Source: Dendrobates tinctorius (Eukaryota). From it: DNA of 64,000 nt. Shown here one piece after another: positions 1 through 10,315 of this stretch. The notes under the pieces were generated by a model. That model ran no database searches. It was not told the origin of the DNA and saw nothing but the letters and a program-made list of their open reading frames with translations. The position numbers and the translations under genes are program-made. Location of the stretch: contig NW_027361844.1 of NCBI RefSeq assembly GCF_039654945.1, positions 4,960,001 through 5,024,000 of the forward strand, given 5' to 3'. Within the stretch, counting starts at the first letter, position 1. Each line of letters begins with the position of its first letter.

Positions 1-335
1 AGTCCGGCATTGTGTCCCACGTTGCGGGAGAGGATACGTGGTGGCGACACTCTCACGTGCTCGCCCGTTGTTGGTTTGGGGAAATCGGACCCTTTCAATA
101 GGATCCGTTACCCCTGTCACATCTTCATGGGAAAAAGACGAATAAAGTCTGGAGAAAAAAAACAGACGTGTGCCTCCATGGACACTAAGCAAAAAAATTA
201 TTTCCGCCCGCAATAGGGGCGAGGGGGTATACGGCGGAGGAGGAACTAACCTCTTTTTTTCACTTCGTGTCAGCCTCCTAGCGGCAGAAGCATACACCCA
301 AAGTATCTGTGTCCCCCAATGAGGCGAAGGAGAAA
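1..335 (-). mobile_element. 5' end (left inverted terminal repeat) of a DIRS1-type retrotransposon continuing beyond the window start
   Basis: 268-335 (gtgtcagcctcctagcggcagaagcatacaccca...ctgtgtcccccaatgaggcgaaggagaaa) closely matches the terminal repeat of the DIRS at 49723-55777; the minus-strand terminus is TTTCT. Confidence 0.75.
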
Positions 336-870
336 TAGCGGTTGACCTGAACATCTGTAAGATACCAATTAGTTAGGGTATAGTTCTAACCATTTTTCCC
401 CATTTTTTAGCTAACTTACCGAAATAGTTACTAGCAATTGCAAATTTTTCGCTCATATGTTTTATATAGGTTGATCCTTTCCGTGACATCTGTTAAGTTG
501 GGAGGGGTTGGGTTTTTCCAATGGAAAGCAATTGACTGCTTAATTACCAGGAATATGTGAATTATAATGGGTCTGACATTTGGCTTTATGTTCTCCATTT
601 CCAATGAAAGGAGGGCCATCTATGGGATGAGCGTAAATTTGCTATCATATATAAGGTTAATGAAGTCAGAGGCTTGTGCCCATAGGGTTTTTATTTTGGG
701 GCAGTCCCATAAGATGTGAAGGAGAGTGCCACGTTGTCTGCATTCCCTCCAACACATAGGGGAGTTGTCTGGGCTTATATGCGAGAGGCGGACCGGGGTG
801 TAGTACCACCTTGTCATTAACTTAAAATAGGATTCTTGTAATGCAATGGAGAAACTTGCTGTGTAGGTAA
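336..870 (-). mobile_element. L1/Tx1-type LINE ORF2 C-terminal fragment (degenerate)
   Basis: ORF 620-817 encodes RWYYTPVRL...CWRECRQRGTLLHILWDCPKI, the CCHC knuckle typical of L1 ORF2 C-termini; ORF 431-619 continues it (IAFHWKNPTPP). Confidence 0.75.
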
Positions 871-1400
871 AATGAATATTTATTGGGTTTCATCAAAACT
901 TTGCAGTTTACCTTCTATAGTCTGTCATGCACCGGGTATTGCTGGAGCCCATATGATGGTGAAACAGGAGAGTGCAACTTTTTTTTGGGCTTTCCTTTAG
1001 CTCTTCTCAGCTGATTTATGATCACAGACCAAAAGAAATTTGAATGTGAAGAGGAACAAAGTGCTTGAAAGAGCTAAATGGTGCAATATTTTTAATAAAA
1101 CTTAAGTGCAAAAATTTATTTTAGTCCCAAGTACATGAATTCAAGCACAAAAATTTTTTTCCTTGAGGTGGACAACCCCTTTAACCTTCAAGCTGCTTTG
1201 TTTTCAATTGACAGACACACAAAATAAAGACATAAAGACAATCATGCAGAGATTCTAATGGGCTTCATTTAAAACCTTGCAGGTAAACGGACAACTGAGA
1301 TAATACAAATATTGACATTTTACACACACAGATTTATAGATACCACCGTTGATCCCTCTAATCGGATTCCAGATGGGTACTTAAATGTGCACACCTGTAC

Positions 1401-1610
1401 CTGGGAACGTAGGGCAAAATTCTCCTCTTCCAGCTCGCGCAGTTTGCCATGCAGGTTATCCAGCTGCAGCAGCCCGTGTGTGAAGGAAAAGGAGTCATTA
1501 GCACGCAAAGGGGTAGAACAACTGGAATCAGTCTCGCTCTCCTCGGAGGCAATGGACACCACCCTAAGCAGGTCATCCTTCTTAGACAGCTCATGCTGTA
1601 GCTGGTTCAC
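1401..1610 (-). CDS. TRAK2: TRAK2 coding exon (HAP1_N coiled-coil region), 210 nt, phase 0/0
   Basis: Encodes VNQLQHELSKKDDLLRVVSIASEESETDSSCSTPLR...KLRELEEENFALRSQ, matching TRAK2 as recalled; AG acceptor at 1612-1611 and GT donor at 1400-1399. Confidence 0.95.
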
Positions 1611-1801
1611 CTATACAGAGAACAAGGAGTGGATCTCATATTACAATGCAATGAATAAAGCAGAGAGGTCATTGGCATCAATCAATCAATGGCATTTACT
1701 GACTTGTTGTATTGATTGATCAAAACTAGAAAAAATAATCTCAGACATAGTGGTGACATATTGTTTATCTACACACGATATACGAAGGTGTTCGTGCCTT
1801 A

Positions 1802-2230
1802 TAGGGAATGTGTCAGCAAGTTGTTGCTATGTAATCTGAGAGCAGCATGATGTGGGGATATGAGACCCTGATTCCAGCGATGTGTCACTTACTGGACTGT
1901 AATTTATTGTTCAAATAAACTCACTGTTTTAATAGCAGGAGATTATCACTAGAGGACTAGTTGTCTCATGCTATGTAGTCCCCCTACTGTGTAACCCCGT
2001 CCCCAACACTGATTGGTAGCTTTCTTTGTACATTGATAGAAAGCTGCCAATCAGTGGTGTGGGCAGGGTTACACAGAGCTCAGCATTCAGATAACTTCTA
2101 AGTCTGCAGCAAATACACAGTGATTTTAACAAAATTGCAGCAAGCAGCCCAGTAAGTGACACATTGCTAGAATCAGGGTGTCTGTCTCTTCATCATGCTG
2201 CTCTCAGAATATGTAGCAAAAACCTGGTTT
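1802..2230. mobile_element. T2/Kolobok-like MITE (same family as 44840-45270)
   Basis: Starts agggaatgtgtcagc, has long imperfect terminal inverted repeats, and a diverged second copy lies at 44.84-45.27 kb. Confidence 0.6.
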
Positions 2231-2916
2231 CAATGATGGCACCCATCTCATCCACTGAAGCGTGGTGTTCACCACCAGATGCCAATGCCACACACGGTGC
2301 AGGGGCGAAAGGCGTTAAGTTCCCTCACAAAAATAAAAAGCAATGTGTAGGCATAGGGACACATGGCTTTTGCAAATATACATGAAAGAAGGCCATTTAC
2401 TACTAAAGTGAAAGTTTAAATGGTGCACAGCTTTCCTGCCCTCTAGGCTTTCTGCTTGCAGAGGGTGTTGACTGATGGTTCACACCAACTGGATGCTGCA
2501 GCTTCTGGACTGAACGATGTGCTCTCTGAAGCTGCATGCAGAGGCAGCTTTGTCTCTGCAGCACTGGAGGCGTTAAACACATTGGAACCCCCCAACTTCA
2601 GAGCAGTGCTCGCCAGCTGTATAACAAGAAGTTTGGAAGCGCTGTGTCTCTTACTTAGGAGACTGGCCACCTGTGTGAAACTGCAGAGGTGGCTGATAAC
2701 CTAGGCAACAAGCAATAAATACAATTAAAAACTCTCCCGTTCATGAGACTGGAGAGGATTCTTAATAAAGCGATAAGCTGCTTATTTGTAACAGCACTTT
2801 GCAACTGTAGCCATTTACAAAGATGAGACAACCCCTTTAAGTGACAGATCTTGTGGTTCAGCATTTAATAGAGTTCAAAACATATGGTTCCATTTAACAT
2901 TATCAAAAATGCTTAC

Positions 2917-3033
2917 ATGATCTAATGCCTGAGACAGCTGCTCTTCCAAGGACTCATTCTGCTCAGTTAAGATGTGGTTCCTTTTCAGAAGTGCCTGCCC
3001 AATGCGAGCCGCCAACTCAAGATCTCGGTCTCT
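2917..3033 (-). CDS. TRAK2: TRAK2 coding exon, 117 nt, phase 0/0
   Basis: Encodes RDRDLELAARIGQALLKRNHILTEQNESLEEQLSQALDH; tgcag acceptor and gtaagc donor. Confidence 0.96.
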
Positions 3034-3239
3034 CTGCATTGAAAGAGAAGGAAACAAAAAAAGCAAAACCCAACTTTAGCATTTGGTATTAAACAATATT
3101 TTGCATCTGAAAGAGAAAAAGTGTGCTACAGTAAGTATACCTCATTCAGTAATATTTCCTACAAACGCACATACAGCTGCTTCTTACAGAATTATAATTT
3201 CATCAAAAAGTTAATTTCTAAAAAACCACCTGGTGGTTT

Positions 3240-3505
3240 TTCCTGAGGAAGGAGTTCTGTGAGACTCTCAAACGCGTAGAATAAAGACCACTGTATTAAT
3301 AATCCCGAGTTTTTAGTGATTCGCAGCGCGGATTGTCTGACCACATTTTTCCTATTCTGAATCTTCTATGTTGGTCCCTCGTTGATCTGTGGTTCTGCAG
3401 CAGCGAATCCTCCATTGCCTGTTACAAAACTCCATTTGGTGAGTGTATTACTTGCAATTGTTATCTGCACACCGGATAATGCACTATTCCGCTATTTCTC
3501 TTATT
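3240..3505 (+). mobile_element. Penelope-like pseudo-LTR remnant with a degenerate hammerhead
   Basis: ttcCTGAGGA-ggagt..actct-cAAACGCGTAgaa followed by AATAAA, GCAGCGC, GCAGCAGC, a GTGAGT donor and a pyrimidine tract; same layout as 46928-47208; the G of GAAA is mutated. Confidence 0.6.
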
Positions 3506-4550
3506 AACAGAAATAAACACTTGCAATACATCACTCTGTTTGTAATGACTATCTAATATATGAGTTTCTTAACTTTTTGATGATATTCTAATTTTGTGAG
3601 AAGCACCTGTATTATATACAGAGACCATAGTCTGGAATAACATACACCTCTTGGCCTATAAATATACTTCTCTTAGCCGTTCATTATACTTTGCTTCTGC
3701 AAACAAATAACCACAGAATCAGCAGTGCAAAGTACAGACAGGTAAAATACATACATAGCATGGAGTTCTCAAATCCCTCAGGCTTACACTGCATTTTCAT
3801 ATAGAAAAATTGGGGGTCCTGTGTTTTGGTTGCAAGTCTCAATGATATGTCACAATATGTGCAAAAAGATCATACAGCTCCAACGCCTGAATAGTGGCCA
3901 TGTCTTGGTACTGCACATCCGCCCCATTCAAATTAATAGGGGTGGGTGAACAGTACCAGGCCACGGGTACTGTTCTGTACAGCTCCGATATTGAGCAATT
4001 CCAGCTAGGTGGTGACGGGTCAGACACTGATGACCTATCATAAGGCCACGTTTAAGTATTTGACCTCCGTATGTGTAAGCCAAAACCAGGAGTGGGACAA
4101 TCAGAGGAAAAGTATAATAGAAACACGTCACCACTTCTGTATTTATCACCCACTCCGGGTTTTGGCTTACAAACAGTGATGTAAGATACTGACCAAATAC
4201 TTTATGTGAAGATGGCCAAAACCATCAATGTTAAAGTCTTGGACAAGCCTCTTAAATTGTGTGAGCCTTTATAAAATAAAGAGCGGGCAGTAAATGAAAT
4301 TGCTCTTAAATTGAAGAAATAGACAAAGCTTTGTAGTCAAAATCAACAACCGCATTGGTCTCAGAGAGTGCATGTGGGCTCATGCGATTGTGCGCCCTTA
4401 CTCAGGAGACATGGTCGGCAGCCTGTGTTTTCTGAAAGCAGAGAGGAGGAAACAACGTCATCTTTGGTGAGACACTAATGTAATTTCCTAATATTAATGT
4501 GCCAATTGGCTCCAAGGTAGATCTTCCCATAAAGAATACGAGATACACAC

Positions 4551-4627
4551 CTCTGTCAGCAGATGCGTTAGCATGTCTGTGTCATTGTAGCTTCTCGTCA
4601 TCTGTTCTATTCTTTCTGAACCAAGAA
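4551..4627 (-). CDS. TRAK2: TRAK2 coding exon, 77 nt, phase 1/0
   Basis: Encodes (I)LGSERIEQMTRSYNDTDMLTHLLTE; cttcag acceptor and GT donor; phases match the flanking exons. Confidence 0.95.
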
Positions 4628-4949
4628 CTGAAGCATTAAAAGGAAAAAAGCACATTAAGAGAAGGCGTAAATGCAACCAATTATACCTCTATATATTTCC
4701 TAGCTGAAAGTCACGAAGTATAAAATAATCCATCTGCAAAAGGCTTTCACCTTCTTCTGCACCAAGGACAGGTGGGAGTAGATTATCTGCGAGAGCGCAG
4801 TCAGTCTATGCCATACTCAAAGTCATGGTGGACGGATTCATTGTAATACTTAGAAGCGGCACATCCCGTGACAAATGTCAAGCAGCTTCCTATCAAAAGG
4901 ATGGAAGGAAAGGTTTGTGGATGGTTTCTGCGCTTGCCGACAGTTAATG

Positions 4950-5250
4950 AGAGCCAAACCAGATCTCACACTTTGCACTGACGAGGGGCAGTACCCCGAA
5001 ACACAGTGTCTGCAAATTGAGATTCTGGCTTGGCTTTTATCCTAAGTCATGTAACAAGGCTCGTTAGAGGGTCGACATTGACTTTTAAGATTGCTACTCC
5101 CAATAGGTGGCACTAGAGTTCTAGTCCTCTTCCTCTTTGAAGAGACAATTTGCATAATTAGCATATTTCCCAGAGGAGCATTGCGGCTTTAAATCTACTC
5201 ATCTTGTCATGCTTATCATGTCATTTGGAGAAATGATACTTCTTGGATAC
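4950..5250 (+). mobile_element. ~300-nt satellite-2/retrozyme-like repeat unit (hammerhead plus snRNA-type promoter)
   Basis: Hammerhead, then octamer ATTTGCAT 5148, ATTAGCAT 5157, SPH-like TTCCCAGAGGAGCATTGCG 5167-5185, PSE-like 5194-5203 and U1-like ATACTTCTTGG 5236; a second partial copy lies at 42499-42692 (-). Confidence 0.7.
4952..5036 (+). ncRNA. Type I hammerhead ribozyme with extended stem I
   Basis: Stem I TTTGCA(4972-4977)/TGCAAA(5011-5016); core CTGACGA 4978-4984; stem II GGGG-cagta-CCCC; GAAA 4998-5001; stem III ACAC-a-GTGT; GUC cleavage triplet ending at 5010; stem I extension agccaaaccagatctca/tgagattctggcttggct. Confidence 0.88.
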
Positions 5251-5276
5251 AGGATATAAAACGAAATGGTGGTTTA

Positions 5277-5317
5277 TTCTACGCGTTTCAAAGTACAAAC
5301 GACTTCTTCATCAGGAA
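5277..5317 (-). ncRNA. Minimal Penelope-type hammerhead ribozyme
   Basis: Minus strand reads ttc-CTGATGA-a-GAAGT-cgtttgt-ACTTT-GAAACGCGTA-gaa followed by AATAAA; palindromic stem III ACGCGT and GUA cleavage triplet. Confidence 0.75.
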
Positions 5318-5752
5318 GAGACCACAAGTATACCTAACTAGCTTCCTATGTAATATTATGGAAGCACTTAATTTAAAGGGAATCTGTCAGTGACTCCCCT
5401 GAAGCCATCACACACTGGTTATATGGTCATGTTACTATATGGTTAAGTGGGGAGGGGAAAAAAAAAAAAGGGAATTTTGATACATATGAAAATGACTAGA
5501 TGGAGGCCTGATGCTATCGCATCGGGAGGGCGGTAATGTCACGATGGGGGCAGGCTTTGCAGTGTTGAGAATCTCTCCCCCCATGTGCTCACCCACCTAT
5601 CCACTCTCTCTCCCCATGTGCTGACTTCTCCCGTCTGTGCTTCTTTGACCTATCCCCCTTGCCTGCTGTCTCTCTCATTCCTGTGCTGTGTTCTCCCCTC
5701 ATGTGCTGTCCCGTTTAAGCTGTCTCCCCCCTGTTCTCTGTCTCTCTCACCC

Positions 5753-6005
5753 CTGTGTCTGACCGTGTACAGAACATACCACAGCTCCTGGGCAGGGGAG
5801 GAAGCAAAAGACAATACCGACATTACAGCAGGAGATCGCAGAGGATTCATTTTGTGAGGTAAAATAATGTTTAAAAAGAGTCAGTGAAACATTTTACCTC
5901 ACAAAATGAATCCTCTGTGATCCCCTGCTGTAATGTCAGCATTGTCTTTTGCTTCCTCCGTTGCCCAGGGAAAGGTGGTATGCTTTATACACGGTCAGAC
6001 ACAGA
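5753..6005. repeat. Imperfect inverted repeat with ~120-bp arms (T2-MITE derived)
   Basis: ctgtgtctgaccgtgta...ttgtgaggtaaaat is mirrored by attttacctcacaa...tacacggtcagacacag; a T2-like end, accactttaa, lies at 6037-6046. Confidence 0.65.
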
Positions 6006-7483
6006 ATTTTTAAAATGAACTTTCGTTTGTGGGAAAACCACTTTAATGTGACCGGCTTCCTCTGCCTGTAGACACGTCGCACATCTGCCTCCGGGATCAG
6101 CCGAATGATTCACTGCGCCTGCGCTGAATTCGCGCAGGGCAACGGTGTTCCCCTGGTGGTACCGCGCAAGAAGCTGCGTGAGAGTGTATGAGTGTGAGTC
6201 TGAGTGTGTGTGTCAGTGTGACTGAGTGTGAATGTGAGTGTGTGGTGCGTACGGCGTATAGAGTGAGTGTGTGTGGGACAGTGTTCAGCTGGTGGTACTG
6301 CGCAATAGGTTGGTACCAGCAGCAGTTTCCATATTGAGACACCCATCACTTGAGTGTCTCAATATGGCGGTCAGTGAAATTCCTCCGCTTGGAATTCTGG
6401 GATAAGGTGACAACTGGACAGAACAGGAAATGAAAACATTACAAGGCAATTATATAAATAGATAACTAAGTACTCTGGGAGTGTCAAAGCACTTCCCAGG
6501 TCTCCCTGGATCTATTCCCAGCCCTGCCCTAACTTGCTTTGCTTGACTCAAAGCTCCATGGCTTTAAGAAACAGTCCCATTAACTTTTTTTTTTCACCCT
6601 AGACCTGCCTAAATGTTAGTGTAGAGTCAGTGTGTTAATATAAGGTACTCATCAATCACATTTACTCCAGCATTCAGAGCCACTCTGCACTTCAGACTCC
6701 CTGACTCCGCGCTTTGTGTATAAGCCGGAAGTCTATTTTACAGTGTAAGCATATGGTGTCTTCTTCTGACGATTCATAAACTTCTATGGTAAAAGGCACT
6801 TCCAGGTCACAAAGAGCACAGCGTGACCAGGAGAGTCTACATCATAGTCACGGGACTCAGAAGGGGAGTGGAATGGCTTTGGATAGACCGTGTTCCGTAA
6901 GTATATTAACACACTGACAACACTATACTAAGGCCTCCTTCACACATCCTGGTGATTTCTGTACTGGAAACGCAGTACTGGTGAAATCCGTAATCTGTAT
7001 CCATGTGCATGTATGTGACACATATAGAATGAAATGCAGCAAAGAAATTAGAGTTTTCTGTATTAAAGATATTAACAGATAGAGATAGATAGCGATGAGG
7101 AACATGGATAGATATAGAGAAAATAGGTATTAGACCTACCGGTAATGATGTTTCCAGGAGTCCATCCTGACAGCACTATGGAGGACGTCCTCCTCCTCCT
7201 TACAGGGACAGGAAAGCACACGAGAGGTTAAAAGGCCATGTCCCACCCCCTTTCCCTCAGTGATTTGACAAGTACCACAAGGTGGATGATGCTAGTAACG
7301 GTTTAATGAAACAATCATATTACAGCATATGACATAACATAATACAACATAGTATAACATAACAGGGAGGGAACTACCCGTGCTGTCAGGATGGACTCCT
7401 GGAAACATCATTACCGGTAGGTCTAATACCTATTTTCCAGGACGTCCACCTGACAGCACTATGGAGAGTACCAAAGCACCTCC

Positions 7484-10315
7484 TCAGGGTGGGATTACTG
7501 CTTGGAGAACTTTTCTCCCGAATGCGGTTTGTTGGCCAGCTAACACATCTAGTTTGTAGTGTTTGCAGAATGTATTAAGACTAGCCCAGGTTGCCGCTCG
7601 ACAAATTTGATCAACTGACGCCCCCGCCCGCTCGGCCCATGAGGCCGATACCGCCCTTGTAGAGTGGGCTTTTAAGGAATCAGGCGGGCTGGCGCCTTCA
7701 GCCTGGTAGGCGTCCGAGATTACTGAGGTAATCCAACGCGCTATGGACGCCTTAGAGGCCCTCTTCCCTTTATTCCTACCACCAAAGAGAACGAACAGGT
7801 TCGGGTCGATACGCCAACTATTGGTGGCCTCTAGGTACTCTATAACTGCGCGCCTCACGTCTAGCGAGTGGAGCCGCCGCTCCTTCTCATTTCGGGGATT
7901 ATCACAGAAAGAGGGTAACACTACCTCCTGATTCAGATTTCTTGTAGAGGCTACCTTCGGGGTAAATGCCGGGTCTAACCTTAGGATTATACTATCCTCT
8001 CTTATCTGGAGGTATGGATCCTTAGTGGATAGGGCCTGGATCTCCCCTATTCTTTTGGCCGTGGTAATGGCTACTAGAAAGGCCGTTTTACGAGTGAGAG
8101 CAGGGATGGTTATCTTCTCACTAAGGGCGAAAGTGTCCGAGCAGAGGAACCGAAGTACCAGGCCCAGGTCCCATGGCGGGGTGAGCTGCCTAATCGTGGG
8201 ACGCAGGCGCTGTGTGGCTTTTATAAACCTTATCACCCAGGGATGTGCAGCTAACTGATAATCAAAGAAGGCGCTCAAAGCTGAAACCTGGACTTTTAGA
8301 GTGCTGGGCTTGAGGCCTTTATTAAAACCTGCCTGCAGGAACCCTAGTATGTTAGGGAGATCCGGGGTACCTGCCACGAGCTCGGACCTGCCACCCTCCA
8401 GACAGAATCTCTTCCATATCTTCCGATAAATTGCCGACGTCACCGGCTTCCTGCTGGCCTGTAGGGTGGATATGACCTGCTCCGACAATCCTTTTGCCTT
8501 CAGGATGTCCCTCTCAGGATCCAAGCCGATAGATGCAGTCTTGCTGGGTCCGGGTGGTGGATCGGGCCCTGGTGGATGATGTTCTCCCACAAGGGCAGCT
8601 CGACTGGATCTTCTACTGCCATGGCTCCCAGAAGGGAAAACCAGCTTCTCCTCGGCCAGTATGGCACTATCAATATCACTCTTGCGTGGTCCTCGCGTAT
8701 CTTCCTGAGCACTGCCGGTATGAGGGCCAGTGGTGGGAACGCATAAGAGAGGGATTCTCCCCAAGTCTGACTCAGGGCGTCTACGCCCTCTGGATGGTCC
8801 ATTGGATTTAGGGAGTAGAATCTGGGAACCTTCGAGTTCTTGCGGCTTGCGAAGAGATCTATACTGGGGTTCCCCCAGCGCTGACAAAGCTGGTTGAAGA
8901 TCTCTATGTTCAATTCCCACTCTGTCGGGTGGATCTGTTGTCTGCTCAGGTAGTCCGCCACTTCGTTTTGGGAACCCTCTAGATGTACCGCGGTCACGGA
9001 TCGAACTGTCCGTTCTGCCCACGTGAATATCTTTTCCGCCAGTGCCTGTAGTGGTTGATGCCTGGTTCCTCCTTGATGTTTCAGGAATGCCACTGTCGTT
9101 GTATTGTCGGATAAAATGCGAACATGACGACTCTTTAGTACTGACCGGTTTCTCCGCAACGCTTCCCAGACCGCGAAGAGTTCCTTGAAATTGGAGGATC
9201 TGGCCCTGATGCTTGCTGGCCACTTCCCCTGGAAGATCTTCCCTTCTATGTGGGCTCCCCATCCCCACGCACTTGCGTCTGTGGTGACTACCACGTATGG
9301 AGAGGTTGTCCAATGCACGCCCACCTGAAGGTTCCTGGCCTGTAACCACCAGCGAAGGGACTCCTTTGCTCGTCCTGAGAGTCTTAGGGGTTTGTCTAGC
9401 GACGCCTGACTCCTGTCCCACCTCGCGAGAATTTCTCTTTGTAACAACCGCGAGTGGAATTGGGCCCAACGGACACACTGGATGCAGGCCGTCATGAGGC
9501 CCAGGACCTCCATTGCTTCCCTTATGGAGCATTGACGCTTCAACAGACCTCTGGTTCTGGCCTGAATGGACTTCTGCTTCTGCTCGGGTAGCCAGGATAT
9601 TCTGTCGGCTGAGTCTAGGAGGACTCCCAGGAATACCTTTCTGGTGTTTGGTGTGAGGTCCGACTTCTCCCAGTTGATCACCCAGCCCAGGAACTCCATC
9701 ACAGTAGTTGTTCGGATCCTGTCTCGGATGAGCGCTTCTTTGGATCTTGCCACCAGTAAGAAGTCGTCCAGGTACGGCACAATCACAATACCCTGATCTC
9801 TCAGGTAGGCCACCACCTCTACCACCAGTTTCGTAAAGATTCTGGGAGCTGAGGCCAGCCCGAATGGAAGACCCTGGAACTGGAAATGGCAGGTCCGGGC
9901 TGGTGAACTGATCGCGAACCTTAGTAGGCTTTGGGATGAGGGATGAATAGGAACCTGATAATATGCCTTTTTTAGGTCTAGGGTGCACATAACTGCGTCC
10001 CTGTCTATCAGAGGAATCGCGGATCGGATTGATTCCATCCGGAACCTCCTGTATCTGACCCAAGCATTTAGTGGCTTCAGGTTTATGATGGTGCGGGTCT
10101 CGCCGGATTTCTTTGTAATTGCAAACAGGGAAGAGTAGTGACCTTTCCCTCTTTCTGATGGTGAAACTGGTATTATGACCCCCGAGTCTAACATGTCCTG
10201 AAGATCCGACCACATTGCGGAGTCCTCCTGGACGACAGTGGGGGCAATATATCTGTCGGGGGGAGGAGAATAGAGCTCTATCCTGTAACCTTCTCTGATG
10301 GTTCTGAGGACCCAC
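7484..10315 (-). CDS. DIRS tyrosine recombinase ORF (long N-terminal part overlaps the RT ORF in another frame)
   Basis: The C-terminal ~340 aa carry the YR catalytic set: TAKRIGEI, HSTR, ATW and FCKHY. Confidence 0.93.
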   Translation of the reverse strand: MGPQNHQRRLQDRALFSSPRQIYCPHCRPGGLRNVVGSSGHVRLGGHNTSFTIRKRERSLLFPVCNYKEIRRDPHHHKPEATKCLGQIQEVPDGINPIRDSSDRQGRSYVHPRPKKGILSGSYSSLIPKPTKVRDQFTSPDLPFPVPGSSIRAGLSSQNLYETGGRGGGLPERSGYCDCAVPGRLLTGGKIQRSAHPRQDPNNYCDGVPGLGDQLGEVGPHTKHQKGIPGSPPRLSRQNILATRAEAEVHSGQNQRSVEASMLHKGSNGGPGPHDGLHPVCPLGPIPLAVVTKRNSREVGQESGVARQTPKTLRTSKGVPSLVVTGQEPSGGRALDNLSIRGSHHRRKCVGMGSPHRREDLPGEVASKHQGQILQFQGTLRGLGSVAEKPVSTKESSCSHFIRQYNDSGIPETSRRNQASTTTGTGGKDIHVGRTDSSIRDRGTSRGFPKRSGGLPEQTTDPPDRVGIEHRDLQPALSALGEPQYRSLRKPQELEGSQILLPKSNGPSRGRRRPESDLGRIPLLCVPTTGPHTGSAQEDTRGPRKSDIDSAILAEEKLVFPSGSHGSRRSSRAALVGEHHPPGPDPPPGPSKTASIGLDPERDILKAKGLSEQVISTLQASRKPVTSAIYRKIWKRFCLEGGRSELVAGTPDLPNILGFLQAGFNKGLKPSTLKVQVSALSAFFDYQLAAHPWVIRFIKATQRLRPTIRQLTPPWDLGLVLRFLCSDTFALSEKITIPALTRKTAFLVAITTAKRIGEIQALSTKDPYLQIREDSIILRLDPAFTPKVASTRNLNQEVVLPSFCDNPRNEKERRLHSLDVRRAVIEYLEATNSWRIDPNLFVLFGGRNKGKRASKASIARWITSVISDAYQAEGASPPDSLKAHSTRAVSASWAERAGASVDQICRAATWASLNTFCKHYKLDVLAGQQTAFGRKVLQAVIPP

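Noticed and set aside
1312-1719. 135-aa plus-strand ORF
   Set aside because: Antisense shadow of the TRAK2 exon 1401-1610
5236-5250. U1 snRNA gene or pseudogene
   Set aside because: Similarity is limited to about 11 nt; no U1 stem-loops or Sm site follow
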